NCBI GenBank assembly: GCA_047495785.1
Contig: JBLDXI010000009.1
Span: 744,001 to 808,000 of the forward strand
Length of the DNA stretch: 64,000 bases
DNA from: Lepidodermella squamata
Lineage: Eukaryota; Animalia; Gastrotricha
Direction: 5' to 3'
The notes under the pieces were generated by a model. That model did not search any database. It saw nothing but the letters and a program-made list of their open reading frames with translations, and was not told the origin of the DNA. Shown piece by piece: positions 1 through 14,606 of the stretch. The position numbers and the translations under genes were made by a program. Position 1 is the first letter of the stretch, and the number at the start of each line of letters is the position of its first letter.

Positions 1-1193
1 GGGAGTTGTAGCTAATTGGTAAAGGAACAAGAAACGCTTACTTGGATCTCCCGGTGTGCTTTGCCGTATCGAGATTTGAACCTTTGAACTATCTTTAAGT
101 TTGGAAGGAAATCGCGTTACTAGCCTTGAAGATCAAGTGCGTTATAATAATTTCTGTTCGTACATTCATTCCGAAGAATAACTAAAATTGTATTTATACA
201 TTGCGAATCGGTTATGGCTACCTATTTTCGTGTTAGGTGAAATCTTGCGCGAAAAGCGCGATAAAAGTTGTGAGAGGGATCGAGAGACAGAGAAATTTCT
301 AGAGAGAGTGAGACATTGATAACTTCTAGTTTACAGTTCAGGGAATTTTCTAATTGCTGCAAAATTATTACAATACAAACGACGTTATTTCTTGTTACAC
401 TCTTATGCCTATCTCATCTAATGTGCACGTTTTTGTTGGTTTGATTAATTATTTGAAATACGTTTATTCTTGTCCAAAGTGATCACATGCCAGCTCATCA
501 TAAAAAATGGAATTAATAAGTTTATGAAGGATGCGTTGTCACTGCGCTTTATTCCTGCTTTATTCCTGTTCAAGGCAGTTTCGAGAGGCACATTCCGGCC
601 ATATTTTAACCGAGTGGCCCTTATAATGATGTTTTATTCACGCGGAACATGGCTGAGCACTGTGAGGCTGGAGCGACCGTGATATCTAGAATCTAATTGG
701 TTCGTGTTAAAGGGAAATGAAATGCATCGCACTCTTTCTTGAAAGTCGCAGGCGCGGCACTTTTAGAAAGATTCGCCACTTTTATGTCACAATATAATCA
801 TGAAAATCGTTTATTTGAAACAAAGTATATATTTATCTTCTTTATTTGTTTATCAACATTCTTCTTCAACTTGAACGGTTATATGAAGACACTGCTTCTA
901 AATTCTATGATTATTGAGGACACTAATATTATCTGATGAAATTATTGAGCGAGACTTGCGACTGTCTCCGTAAATTAATTATTATTTCTGTATTACTTGA
1001 TGAGAAAGGAGGATGCGGTTAAATCAATGGATAAGTGTCATTATGTGTTTGCCATTTGAGCAATCTGACCTGTACTACAACTACTAATAATCATAATAAC
1101 AACTGAAAGCCGATGCTACGTAATAAAGCTCATGTTGGGTTTATACCTTGCTTAATTGTGTTGTTTGGTATTTAGGTTTTAAATTTTTATATT

Positions 1194-3571
1194 ATGGCTT
1201 CTCTCGAGTCACCCATAACTGCAGATGCTCCAGCTATAACCTCGCCCACAACTGCTGCCGCTTCAATTAACATCGGTGATTCGGCAATAAATCCTTCTCT
1301 CGGCCTTCGAATCACTGTTGATTTAACTGAAGCTCCTGCTGTTTCTAATAAACAAGATGACTTCATTGTGCAAAGATTACTCAGTGACGACCACGAAGAA
1401 GAGCTACTTGCGGCCGAACCGTTGACAACTGAGACGTCAACTACGCCCGAAGTCCACTTCGTGGACAATACCGGAATGTTCTCGCCTAAGGCCAAAGTGA
1501 CCAAAAATGTTATTGTCACCAGCGATAAAAAATATATCAATCGTAATGCCGGTTTTGTCGTTGGTTTTGAACGGGGCACGGACGAATGGAAGCAGAAGGT
1601 TGCGACGCGAGGTGCCCGTTTCGGCACTGGTGCACCGGAGGAGATACCGATCCCTGTCGCAGAACCTATCGAATTCGCTATCACTGAAGATTTCGATATC
1701 AGTGCGCTGTATGAAAGGTTAATATCTACTAAAATTCCGTTTTCCGTTTTCTAATCCTGCTTTTTTTAAACAGCGTGGGTCTAACCTCAGATATATTGAC
1801 AAAGGACGCAGATAAACTTCGACTGACGGCTATTCACGTCCGAGGACTGGACGATATGTCGACAGAAGACGTTTTAACCTATTTTCGTGCTTTCAGCCCG
1901 TCATTCCTCGAATGGATCGACGATACTTCGTGCAATGTTGTTTGGACAGATGAAACTCTCGCCGCTAGAGCGCTTCAAGCACTCTCGAAAGCGGTAGAGG
2001 AAGAAGAGCCCGGTGAAGAAAATAGCGGTGATGCTGGCCTTGATCAAAGTACTGCTGCTGATGCGGAAGACGGTGGCGAAATGGAGATTGCGGATTCAGC
2101 GACTGCTGCTAACCCACAAGAAAACAAGACACCTCAAGCTGATACTGGCGAGGAGGCTATTGCCGTCGATCCTCCGGCCAAAGACGACCATGTATCTGAG
2201 GGCGACGAGGACGCTGAAGCTGCCCTGAAGGCAATGGGAGTCGGCAAAATGTATGCCGACCGCGAACCTGGCGAAACTTCTGAAGATGAAGATCCTTTCG
2301 CTGGCTCGGGCCCGAAACGTAAAAAGTCTGATGTCGGGGACGAGGAGAAAGCAGCAGAGCCGCAAACTGTTAAAGGCTTAAAGTGGCGCACTGCGTTTTG
2401 GAGCAATCGAACCAACACCAAAAAGCGCACGCTTTTCATGCGATTCGCTACCATTTGTAAGATTAGTTGGTTAGACGATTCAGCTTTTGATTTTTAATTT
2501 TTATTAAGATGACAAAAAGCAAGCTGGTGCTAATAAATACAGTAAATATTACGAGAAATACGGAAATCCTAACTACAACAGTATGTTTAATTGGCTTTAA
2601 ATTGTGCCGAAATTGACAACTGTTATCAACCATAGATATGCCTGGGCTGATTTCTAATTCAATGCGTCGCAGAATGGCTGGCTCGAAGCGAAAGCAACAG
2701 TTGGAGGAGGCTAGGGCCGCGCTGAAAGTGCTGGGTGGTGGCCATCGCGACGCCGATGCGGCGATGCTAGAATTAGCTGCTATGGGCGCCGGAACGGCTG
2801 TTGGTGACGATGACGATAACGCTGCTGACTTCTTCGCCGGCGAAATTCCTGCGCGGGCTGGAAAATCTAAACCTGACTTGGTAACCAATCAAATTTCTTA
2901 GCATTTCAAGTTATTATTTTGTGTGCATCTCACAGCGTAAAACTGGCTGGACCGCTCGAACGAATCCAGGCCGTCCTTTTACTTTGAGTCGGACGGAAGA
3001 CGACGAAGACGAGGCTGTTACTGCTCAGCATGGCAGGGGCAGGGTCGGTTCTTCAGAGGGTCGCTGTCCACCGCCCAGCCCTCGAGGCGGTAGTCGCCGA
3101 TACCGAGATGACGACAGCAATAACTGGCTCACTGACGAAGAGGGCGAGGGTGATGATGATGATGAAAGCTACTCATCCGGTGACGACGATGACCCTGTTA
3201 AGCAACTGCTCACTAGCGTTCCAGCTCGAGGTCGAGGTTCGACGCGCGCAAAAATGTATGCTGACGACGAGGAGAGAAAGCTGGCGAAACGCAAAAGCAG
3301 TGAAATTCAGCCGAAAATGAGATCTGACCGAATGAATTCCCGATCTAGATCTCGCTCTCCCATCAGATCAGTCTGGGTGAAACCGGCCAAGAGCAGTTTT
3401 GACTCGTTTGATGAGCCTCGCAGTCGCTCAATTCGTGATCGCCTCGGCCCAGCAGTTGGATCTGGTGGTGGCGGTGGTGGTAAATCGAGGCGACATGATC
3501 GCGACCGGCGGGACCATGATCGGCATGGTGACAACCGGCGACGCGGCGACCTTCGCTCCCGCCTAGGTTGA
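1194..3571 (+). CDS. NCBP3: Nuclear cap-binding protein subunit 3 (C17orf85), multi-exon
   Basis: RRM-like AIHVRGLDDMSTEDVLTYFRAFSPSFLEWIDDTSCNVVW, KYINRNAGFV...RGARFG, LFMRFAT..DDK, acidic/RS-rich tail ending DLRSRLG; short GT-AG introns (e.g. 1718-1773). Confidence 0.85.
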
Positions 3572-3882
3572 TCTTCAATTCTCAACAGTCCTTATCACTT
3601 GTGTCTTTATTGTTTGCCAATATTGTTACGGCTGTGACGCTAACCGCTGAAATATTGTGGATTGGTACTTCTTTCGTTATTCTGGCGCTGATATGAGCCG
3701 ATTTTTTTGTAGAAATAAACGCTCACTTTGTGCTAACATTTTACGCCTGGGTTTTTGTTTTATTGACAGTTTCTTTCCGTAAAAAAGGATATCTGGGTAT
3801 TACGTACATCAAATTCAGTGTTTCCATCTCTCCACCACAACGAGGGTTCTTTTTACAGTCAGCTGAAGGAAATCTATTTTTG

Positions 3883-6258
3883 TCATGCGTCTATTTGATC
3901 ACCTAGCGTTTGATCCTGCTAAGAATCAGCCGGCCATGCAAAAATTAAAAGACAAAAATGTGTGAATGACATGATAATTCAGTTTTATACTTGATGCTCG
4001 AAAGAGTTGTCGCCGTGACTGCTGATTAGGTTGGCGACATTGAAGTCGCTGCCTAAAGAAGGGCTGTTTTGCAGAGGAAGAGGCGAAGACGACGCCACCG
4101 CGCCAGTGCTTGATGTGCTTTGCCTCTGTACGACCCTGCATCTTGTATTTACAGCCACGTCAACTCCTAAGAAATAACAGTTTTCATGTGAGCGAAATAG
4201 AATATGAGCGGAATATCTTACTTTCAACGATTTCTGTCTGACAGCTTTTCTCTACTGGAGCACTCTCTTCATCGGGGACAAACAGATGACCAGGTAACCA
4301 CTGAATGTCGTTATTCTCGTCATCGGACGAAAGCAGATCGGCGTACGCTTGTTCGACGTCACTTGGTTGAACTTGACAGGCCTTGGCTTTTTGGTCGGGT
4401 AACAGCAAACAAGTGACACCACTGGTAAATTCATAAGTCAAATAGGATTACGTGCCAAGTTCAAACTTTACCGTTCTCTCCTACCAACTGGATTGGTTTG
4501 AGTGGAACAGTCCGAACCAGGGAAAGCATTGCATCGCTCAGTAGAACCGGGAACATCAAGCATGTTACTCGAACCTTTTTCAGAGCCTTTGGCTGTCGAA
4601 GAGACGTCGAAGTTGAAGGAAGACGACCGCGTGAAATGGCTGGGAGATAGAGATGTTTTCTGCACAATGTCTCCAACAGAGCCTCGCGATAACCGGGTAG
4701 CGAAGCCTGCCGAGCCAACCGGAGCGGCAGCGGCACTGGTCGCCACTGATTCGCCGTCTTCAGATTCAGCCTTGCCTTCGATTTCGTCGGGGTCTATTTG
4801 TTGTATCAGGCCAAGATCAACAGCACCGGGTACGAACTCGATTCGGGGAATAGCATTTTGTAGGAATAGCGTGCGGGTATCGATAGTCGCCAGTATTTTC
4901 AGCTTAGATTGGACTTGCTTCTTCAACATCAACAACTCGAGGTCGCGACCTTTCAGGACTATTTCGGCTAAACTGCATGTTGACCTGAGCCCGTCTACTT
5001 CGGTTTGAAGCTCTTGTTTTTTCTACGTAACACAGTGGATTCGAGTAATTATTTGAAGTAAAAATTGCCAGCAGCTAGACTAACCTTTTGCAAGTCTTCT
5101 GCAGAAGCGCCGCCAAACAACGAATGAAGCTCTTCTAACAAAACCTTTTCTCGGGCTCTAATATCAGAGATGAAGTTGATAGCTGCGTCCCGAATAAGCT
5201 GAATCAAATTCAATAATGTTGGCCAAATACATTATATGAAAACCATACTTGTTCTGTTTCCTCCACATTCGCTGATGTGACCCCGAGAAGGGCAAGCCTT
5301 TTTTCAAGTTGACCTAATTTGGCTTTACAGGAATCGAGGCAGACAGTGATGTCGTCTTTGAAGCGAGTGACGGCCTCAGGGAAAGAACTAATTTCGTGCT
5401 CCTTGTGATCGCTAATATGGAAAAAGTGTAGATTACGGAAAACGGAATTAGAAATACTTACCTGACTGTGCATAGTATGCAAATCGCGGTTTCGCAAGGC
5501 ATACAGTAGAAGCGAACCAGTTCCTCTTTGTGCTCTAATAAATGCGGTTTGAATGTCTTGCTTTTTCGAAACAATCAAAGAAGCCCAAAACAAACCTTTG
5601 CATTCGATATCTTTCTCGGTATCAACATCAATGATTGAGTGATTTCTAGTTACTCGAGTTTCACGATGTTGCTCCGTACAAGCTCGGCACAGCAGTTTCG
5701 AGCAGTCGATACACTTTGCTTGAGCATCGCGATGTCGACGGTTCAGCATGCGACAAATGTCACAGAACGGATACGTGGACGCCGGTCGCTGTCGATTCAC
5801 AAGATCCTGTAGACTTGTGACTAGAAAATTATCCGGCAGCTTTTTCACTCCTCCTGTCTGAAAAGCAGCACTGGTATGAAAATCAAATGCCGCACTCAAG
5901 TCAAAGCTTACTGGTAGTTGCGTGCGTTTGCGACAAAGAGGACATGTGAAATCTCGATAATCGCTGTATTTTTTGTACGCGGTTTCCGACAGCGCGTGGG
6001 TTTCGATGCACGCCTAAATTTTTATAACCATAAATTATCAAAGATAAAAAACTAGAGTATCACCTCGCAAAATGTGTGTAGACATGCCAGACATTTCGGT
6101 GTTTTGTATGCTTCCTGGTAACAAAATGAGGTTCAATCGAAAGACAGGTAGCTGGTAGGTTGTTGAAAACATACGAGGCAAATTTTACACACAAGAAACT
6201 CTTCGTGAATGTCTTGCGCCAGCTTGACGTTCGATCCTAGACCATTTCCACTAGCCAT
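3883..6258 (-). CDS. TRIM-family E3 ligase (RING, two B-boxes, coiled coil; TRIM2/3/56-like N-terminus, low-complexity C-terminus), multi-exon
   Basis: EEFLVCKICL..YKTPKCLACLHTFCE..CPLCRK RING; LPDNFLVTSL; B-box CDIC..CIDCSKLLCRACTEQH; second B-box H..EPVRFYC..C. No NHL/SPRY domain recognised; 3' end approximate. Confidence 0.8.
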
Positions 6259-8674
6259 GTTCGACTGAATCTCAAGCTGAAATATACAGTCTTCTGTTTT
6301 TGTTTCAGCAGCACAGTTTCGTCTTTTATCAGACCAAGATTTTGTGAACCTCAGTCATAAGTGATCTTTCAACAGAAAATAGTAAGCTATTATTATTGCA
6401 AGATCCTTGAAATATCCATATTATTTATTTCATAAATCGCGTGAGCGTGCCGTGTAAAAAATGATGCCAAGCCAGGTTCGAATAAATAAACTATTCGGGT
6501 ATAATGGTTGCATAAAAAGTAATGACGCAAAATGAATGCAAAAAAGGAAGAAAATCTATCCAGGTGGGCCCGATTGCAAATAACTACAGCGTAGAAACAC
6601 AGTAATCGGCAAAATAACTCGTACGCTGTTTATGAAAGGCAGTAAAACGCTTCATTTGCAGTTATTACATAAACAATATAAAAAACTGAGCATCAAATTT
6701 ATTTGGCGTTATCATAAGTGGCGCGAACGCGTTTGCGTCAGACGATAGAAATACATCATGATATTGCACCCGCGCACGCGAGACCGACAGGAAGTTGAAC
6801 AGTCTGCGAAGGAGTGCTGTCCATGAAAAATGTTATGATACTCGGGATAACGCAAGCATACATTGCGTTAGCGCGTGCAAGCTAATCTAAGAGAGGATGC
6901 CGCAGCGAGCGAGTTTTTTCTGCTGAATAATCTCAGCGTGGAGTGAACTCCAAACAAAGGAGCGGGTGCCCAAGTAATGGCGGAACAAATATCTCCACCT
7001 CTCCACTTCTATATTATCCTGGCAAAACGTAAATTTGACGCTGCCGTAAGATAGGTAAAAACTACTGTATCTATGCAGAGAAATTTTATGCTCGATTGAG
7101 TACGTGGGGTATGGCTATTTCAACGCTTAACAGCGCGATCGTTCGGTAATAAAAGTAATAGGAAAACGCAAAATAATAATGATTATAGTGCTCAAGAAGC
7201 ATTTGATGCCAAAGCGGTGCCCTTACTATTCTCTATTTTCGGCAGTGTTCCATGAGCGCGCTACACAAATCAGGCCGCTCGCCTAACGGTAACGCACTAG
7301 TATATACGAGCAGGCGTATATGGTTTCGTTTGGTTAAGACGTACCCTTGTATTTCCTATTACTGTCCATTCCAACCTAATGCGAAAGGCATGTTCTTTAT
7401 TCTCGATGCACAGACCTGTTTGCTCCTCCGCATTCTGCTTTGTTTTAGAGCTTCCGATGCTGTTGTTTCTGCGCGCCCAACTAGGCAGAGTATCCATCAT
7501 ACCAGACAACTATCAGCCACTATATGCGCAATAGCAGATATTTAAATGCGCGTAATAGCATGCTTTAATAAGGCATTCATTTAAACCTGCGCGTTGCTAT
7601 CTTATATTTTTCAACGCCAAACCCCTTGAGGAACAAGTGATGGGCGAAAACACGGTAAAATAGCAACCTTGCGAAGCTATTTGCGTCATGGTGTGATGCG
7701 AGTCACAGATATTATAATGATAATGCGGTGCACATTTTCATGGCTGATTAGATGCATGTTGTGTAAATCGCCCCACCTTTTTACAGCCGCACTATCTACA
7801 AATTAGGCCCATAGTTAACGGTGTGCTTTGTTCGACATAATAAAAAGTATTTGCGGCTTTCATATCGACTACAGATAACCACTGGAAATGCGAGCAAAAA
7901 TGCCTGCCAGCAACGTATTAATTCATTTTTATTTCTCGATACATTGTAATTCAACCAAAATGCAGATTTCTCGTAGCTCAATCATAAATCGCAAATATTT
8001 ATATGATGTGTTGAAACATAGATATATGCCGATATACATACATAAGTTTAATGTATTTATGTTCATGTTCAAATGATATAATATGTTCAGCTTAATCAAA
8101 ATACATTTCTCCGCGGACAAAAAATTAATGTTATCCGATACTAACAATGTTATAAGCCATCATTTGTAACGAATTATAAGAAATTTGGTGGCACACAAAT
8201 GCCCCTGTGCTTTCAACGGTTTTCATTCAGCATGAAATATACTTCGACATGTTTAAATAGATATATATTGTCGAATTTCGCTCTAATTTTCTCTGAAAAT
8301 ACAGGCACAAAATTTCCTATCTCTGTATTATAGTCGCTCGGAATCATTGGTATGTAATTTTTCGCGTAAGTACAACTTAGTCAGTCGAAAACAGGGAAAT
8401 CTTTCATCAAAAAAACCCGGAAATGTGTCCATATCAACCTTGAATTGTGTTCACCTGAAAGATTGGCGCCGTCGAAAATAGTGCGCTATCTCATCACAAC
8501 GCAAAATCACCGCACATACTTTTACACACAAACACCAAATATCTAATTTTACGAAGGTTTACACATGAAAGGAGTATTCTTTTAATCGAATAGCTCCAAC
8601 TTGCTATAACACAAGTCGAAAGATGATAGCAGACAGAAAAGATATTAACAAAGAAGCCACGAAAAGAGCATGTT

Positions 8675-11010
8675 TCAATTTTTCGAATGAAGAGAAATGA
8701 AAAGAAAAGAATGCTGATGCGGTGCCGCATCACTTCTTCCCATTATAAGAGCTGAAGGTAATAGATAATTACGGCCGAAAAACAGCAGGTTTCTTGGCTC
8801 TAGAGAAATAAATCTATGATCGAAAAATAGCCAGCTAAATATAGACAACAATCGGTAACGTTCAATCGGTTTAATTGTAAAGCAGCTCCATCGCAAACAG
8901 TGCGCTGATGATGTAAGCCCACCGGTTACTACATCAAATAACTTCTTGGCGAAATTCGCGCGCTCAGCCGTAACAATCAAGAACGAAATTATATACGTAT
9001 CAAAAGTTTGAATATAAGGCAAGTCATAAATTTTCTTAGAATGGAAACGTTCATCTAAAAGTTTGCACATTCTGCTTTCACCTGTCAAGCCAATGAATAT
9101 ACCAGTCGAAGGAAACACAACAGAAGGTGCTGATGAAATCTGACGTAATAGATTTCTCTGGTCGCGATGAGAATAACAGACAACACAGATTTATTCAAGA
9201 TTCTGTCTCTACATAAGCGTACTCAACTTGAAAATTCAATCGGGATTTTCCAGAAAAAAATCACTGTATTTCACATTGGAAAGTTTCAGCAGCTTCCGAT
9301 TATAGAGCCTTCGAATTTCCTCTCGAAGACAGCCTAGCTGATCGCCTACGGTTGCCACTGGAACTGGCCTGATCAGCGTTATCATTATTGCTGCCGTTAG
9401 CCGTCGAATTCGAGCTAGGTGAAGGTGCAGCTGAAGATTCAGCTTGGCTCGGGTCAAAAGACACGCTCGCCCAAGATGCTGATAGCGTGGAATCGACCGA
9501 TTTCGGCCTCCGATGCCGCAACTGATCAAGTGGAATGTCGTCATCGTCATCAGTATTGTCGTGCATGTTTGATTCGATCAAATCAGAGTCGTCAACAACA
9601 ACAAGCTCGCCGCTATCGTTATCGTCTTCGCCGACTTCTAGTAGCTCCGGCGTCTCCCCGGTAGCCACGTCACTTATTCTTTGCCTATCTATCGAGAGAA
9701 GTGCAATATCCGAGGGGTTACCCGACTGAGATGCGACGCGGCGTCGCTTTTCCGGCAGCTCTTTGCCGTCGGATTCTTTACTGGTAACCAGTTCATTATG
9801 CCTTTCAATTAGAACGTCGTTTTCGACCGAGGAATCGATGTTGAGCTCCGTTTCCATCTCATCTTCAGGCGTTTTTGTCGAAGATGAGCGTGTTAAATGG
9901 CACAGCAAACGCTCCATCAGTTCGTCGCTGCACGACGTCGGGTCGAGAAGGAATGAGCGCAGTTCATCCACGCTAGCGTGAGCAGATTCAGGTAGTTCGG
10001 CGGCGTACGGTGAGCTACTAATTGCTGACAACAGCGGCATGCCGACATGCGGGAAGCCGGCTCCGTTTGAAGTGTGCAAGGCTCTGATGTGCCGCAGAGC
10101 ATGTCGTGAGAAAATTCGTTTGGCGATACGCACAACAACTATAGCCTTCAACATAACGGCTATGCTATCGTTATTTTGAGACGATTCAATCTGCAAGAAA
10201 TATAATATTAAATTCATATTAATGTTATTAGTTTCATTCATGAATTATTGAAGCTTTCGAAGTTCAAGAAGCTAGCCAGTGTTGATAAACTCACATCTTG
10301 ATCTTGCGGAATGAGGGACTGATTCTTCTTGTTCCCGTGAGGAGCTATGAACAATCGCTTCACGGACAGCAGTGCGTAGTCGAACAACGGTAGAAGAGTG
10401 GCCGTAGTTCGAAGCGAAGTGATACGCTCAGCCTGCGCGATCACGTCCAGGAGACGAACGTCTGCGCCGACTGCCAGCTTTGGGGACGACTCTGATGAGT
10501 TGGAAATGCGGGGGACGTTGTGGGAAGGAGAGAAAGAAGTTAAAATGCGTTGCACAAGCACACGAAGTTTATTGGCACAATCTGTATCATTGCGACTGAA
10601 AACGGAAAAGGAATAAGAATAAAGACCCAACAAATTTGTAGCAATTACCTGAAACCAATTGTGATATCCAGCAGCACAGAGTAAAGCGAGGCGAGTATTG
10701 ACATCAACTCCGAAACAGTATAAGGCGAAAATGAACTGTTGACAACTGGTAGAGTGGCATCGGGTGTTGTTGCTGATCCTCTTAGCGACGAAGTGCTGCG
10801 CCCCGAGTTAGCAGTCCCCAGGTGCAAGTTGACAGCCGTAATCAAATGATCGACGTCATCAGCAAGTTCTGCAGCTCGATCAAAATCATCTTCCATCGTA
10901 ATTTCACCGAGCCTTTCGTATATATCATTCTCAACGTTGTGCAGCACGCCAAGCAATTTTGGACCCGTGAATCTTAGGAACGCTCGAGAAACAGATTCAG
11001 TGTCTAACAT
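8675..11010 (-). CDS. Unidentified multi-exon protein (helical N-terminal part, acidic/Ser-rich central linker)
   Basis: Consecutive minus-strand ORFs 10645-11010, 10238-10633, 9300-10241 and 8675-9118 separated by short GT-AG introns; acceptor-like site before ATG 11010. Family not recognised; 3' end uncertain. Confidence 0.55.
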
Positions 11011-11454
11011 TATTCAAAACTGGATCTAAATAGAAAAATACACAATCAATTCGGAATACTTGTTCGTAAAAAAAATCATAACGTGTTACTACAAATCGCC
11101 GTACAACCGGCTGTCACACAATTAGCTTTTCGATAAAAATATACAAGATACCGATGAAAGAAAATAAAGAATTTTTAGGAACAGACGCCATTAGCTAAAA
11201 TAAGAATTTCACCGCTAATCAAGTCTAGTAATAAATAAAAATAAAGATTTAACCAAGACTATTATATATCAGTATAACCAAATCAGGCTTCGAATGGCTC
11301 CACTACACGCTGACATGGTTCTGTCCAAGCGAAGATGCCAAGTATCAATTCATTAATAGTAACATTGGCTTATTTCGTTTCAATATAAGGAAGATTATCT
11401 TATCGAACAGACAGCAGCATCGACAATAAGATAAACACACCGACATAGCGATAT

Positions 11455-12964
11455 TCAGAACTCTCGAAACTTATTGCGTAAGTTCATTAAAATATCGGGT
11501 AGACTAGAGAAGTCTAAGGTGACCTTCGTTTGAGCACGCTTGCACGAGTATTTTGGGCAGGAGGTCCATCCTGTACCGGTGAATCGGGGGCTCTTTTACC
11601 CGAATGTAGGTTTCTCGTGACCAAATACTCCATCAACCGAGTCTGAGAGAGAAAATTATATTATGAAACTAATTGATCTCGAGTGCTCACCGGATAATCG
11701 GTCATGATGCCATGCGCGCCTTTGCTCAACACGAAGTCGAAATGTTCTGGCTTCTGTAACACCCAGACAAGCACTCTAATACCACGTCTTTCAAGGTGAG
11801 AGAACAAAAATCTGTTGTAAATTATCCTGAAACAATGATAATAATTAGAAAGAATGTTTCAATATATTGCCGTATGGAACCATACCAATCAACAAATTTG
11901 ATGGCGTAAGAAACCATTCTGTCGTAAACACCAGTTGGAGGTGGCATGATGCTAAAACACAGCTCATTAAATGCTGAACGCGATCAACAAAGCGCTTACT
12001 CCAAGAATACAGAACAATAGGGAATTTCCAAAAAACTCTCGCGCAGAGGAATGAAAGGCAGCAAACCGAGGTAGAAAGTTACAACGAGGAGGAACACGCG
12101 TTGAAACGAGAAGAGCAACGGAACATTAGGATTCTGAATTAAAAAAAATCATAATGTCAAACGACTGGCTATCGATAAAATACTTACGATTTCATAGCAC
12201 CTTCTGGCTATTCTTTCGCTCCTATTTCCCCAAATACACGTATCAGCTCGGTTGTACTTTCTTATCAACCGATCAACTTCCAAAATTAAATCTTCTGCTC
12301 CATCTTTCAAGTCGATATTGATCACAGTGTTAGGAAACTCGCGAAATACATCTTCCAACAGTGCAATTTTCCGATCGCTTCCTTTGGCAATATGATCTGT
12401 AGTGGAAATCAGTAAAAGGTGAAGAACAATAAATAACGGATAAACTTTTGTCGAAGTGAAGCCATAATTCCGGTTTCAACAGCGGAAGATCTTTGTAGAG
12501 GAACTCAGATGCATGCTTGTCCACGCCAGCCAATCCTAAAGCAGTTTTCCGGATTATTATTTCCCTATGACAGGTATAACTTACGAAGTAAATGAGCCTC
12601 GTGTAGCACAACAACTTTTCCATCTTTGGTAAGCTGACAATCTAACTCCAATAGATCGGTGCCAATGTTAACAGCGCTGTCAATACATTACCACTTTGCG
12701 TCATTTCAAAGCGACGATATCTACTTACTGCCTAAAAGCACCCATCGTATTTTCCAAATTTTCAGCCGCGCCTGAAAGAAAAAGTTGGATATATCGTCAA
12801 GGTTACACTCTTGAAATATTACCTCCACGGTGGCTGCAATGTAGCGTTGTTGCTTTGAAAACTTTTTTGCGATGCAAAATTGTCGGAAATCGCCATAATA
12901 CCAGAGATGCCGAAATATAGGCTACGCCAACAAATCCGCCAACAATACCAAAGCTGACATCCAT
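11455..12964 (-). CDS. GDPD1: Lysophospholipase D GDPD1/GDPD3-like glycerophosphodiesterase, multi-exon
   Basis: N-terminal TM then SHRGG/AAENLENTM, DLLELDCQLTKD, LEDVFREFPNTVINIDLK, LFSHLERRGIRVLVWV, GIMTDYP. Confidence 0.85.
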
Positions 12965-13599
12965 CGTGAAAACGCCCTAAAATGATACAATTATGAGGCC
13001 AGTTGAGTTAGCATTTCGAAGAAAATTGATAGATGCACAAATTAGCCTAATATTGTAGATTGTAGGGGATGAGTGGATACCGAAAAATGCCTTCCACTTT
13101 CCACTTAAGGATTTAAGACCCACTCCGATTTTCACAGCGTAATCCTTGGGCTTTTGGGAACAGCCAAATGGAAATCTCCGTAATTTAATGTCCGTAATGC
13201 AAGTAATAAAGTAATACAAAGAAGTTTCGAGCGGTTGGCTGATTTCACGGGGCATGAGATGGATAGAGATTAGACTAGAACGTCATCACAGCCAACAACC
13301 AAAGCACGATTCGACGAGTCAGTCATATATTGTTTTTAAGCCTCAAGCTGTTGGATGAGTTCGCTTACAGCCAGGACATTTCAAACGGCAAACAAGAAGC
13401 AACATTTTTGCGACAATAATGTTTCCACCTTCGAGTTTTGAAAACATGCATCGAATGCTTCCTTAATTTCTCGAGTTTCAAGCCAGTTAGTGTCACCATA
13501 AGTTGCCAACTAATTCCGATTGTTCGGCTCACATAACCATGTTAGGAAGTGATGAGTGCTGAGTGTGAACACGACATCGAGCCAATTGGTCCAACTTCT

Positions 13600-13695
13600 A
13601 GAGGAAAGAGCCTTAAGGGGAGGGGGAGGGAGGGGTGAATGCGACACTCACAGGCAGGCACCCCCTCACACCCCCTTCTATCTCCACCACTGGCC
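13600..13695. mobile_element. Possible MITE terminal fragment (G-run/C-run, CAGTGGTGGA-type end)
   Basis: Reverse complement reads cagtggtggagatagaagggggtgtgagggggtgc...cccctccctccccctcccc, a pattern typical of small non-autonomous DNA transposon ends; no partner end or TSD found. Confidence 0.25.
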
Positions 13696-14606
13696 AATGT
13701 AGCAGTTATCAGAGTGAAAATAGAGAGCCTTGATGCCAATTTAATTGCCTTGTTTATGCGACTGTAATTTTTAAACTCAACCATCTTGCGACGATAAGAT
13801 CGCTATGAGCGACGGAATGAGATTGACAGCGCAGCAGATATCAAGGAAAGGTGTCAAAGACTTTGCGAGATGATTCAAGCGAGGTTTAGCAGCTTTCAGC
13901 TTTCCTTTTTCCTAGGTTATCCTAGGTTAGATAAGTTTCATCCTTGGCACCCTCTTTGCGTGGAAGATGCGTCCGTAGAGCAGACAGGGAGCCTCGAGGT
14001 TTCGAAAAAACAAAACAAACTTCAGAAAAGAATCTTTGCAAAAATTTTTAGTATAATTTGTCTGATAGGTCTGAATAATATTTCACCTGTCGACATTCAC
14101 ATTGCCTTTTGGCGCTATGACAATATTTGGCAATAAAATATTTCGAACGGCTTCTATCGGCGACTTCACCGGCTTTGCTGCTCTTTTCTCTTTGCTGCGT
14201 AAGCAGTTCTCTAAAACTGCAGCTCCCCGTGGCGCTCTAACAACTTTTAAAATAGCAAATACCTAAATTTTGAGACAGTTTTACGGGAAAATGGATTGAA
14301 ATCCCACATCCCACGTCGCGACTTTTTGATACCTTTTGATGTTTGATCATACTTTTCTAGCAGGCAGATCATACTTTTCCACTGACCTTTTTTATCCTAC
14401 TTGCTATTAATGGTGACTTCATCAGTTTTTCTTTCTTTGCTGAACTGCTGTGTCTCAACAGCATCGCGTTATTGACACACTCTCCCTCGATCAAACTTTA
14501 TTGCTGAAAGCACTTTTTTCTTTTTTTGGCCAATTATGAATTATGACGATCCATTTAGAGTAATTATTTACCACAGAGCTATCTCAAATTGGTTATTGCG
14601 GTCCTA

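Noticed and set aside
1-130. tRNA-like A box on the plus strand and B box (GGTTCAAATC) on the minus strand
   Set aside because: Boxes lie on opposite strands and no cloverleaf forms; at most a degraded SINE.
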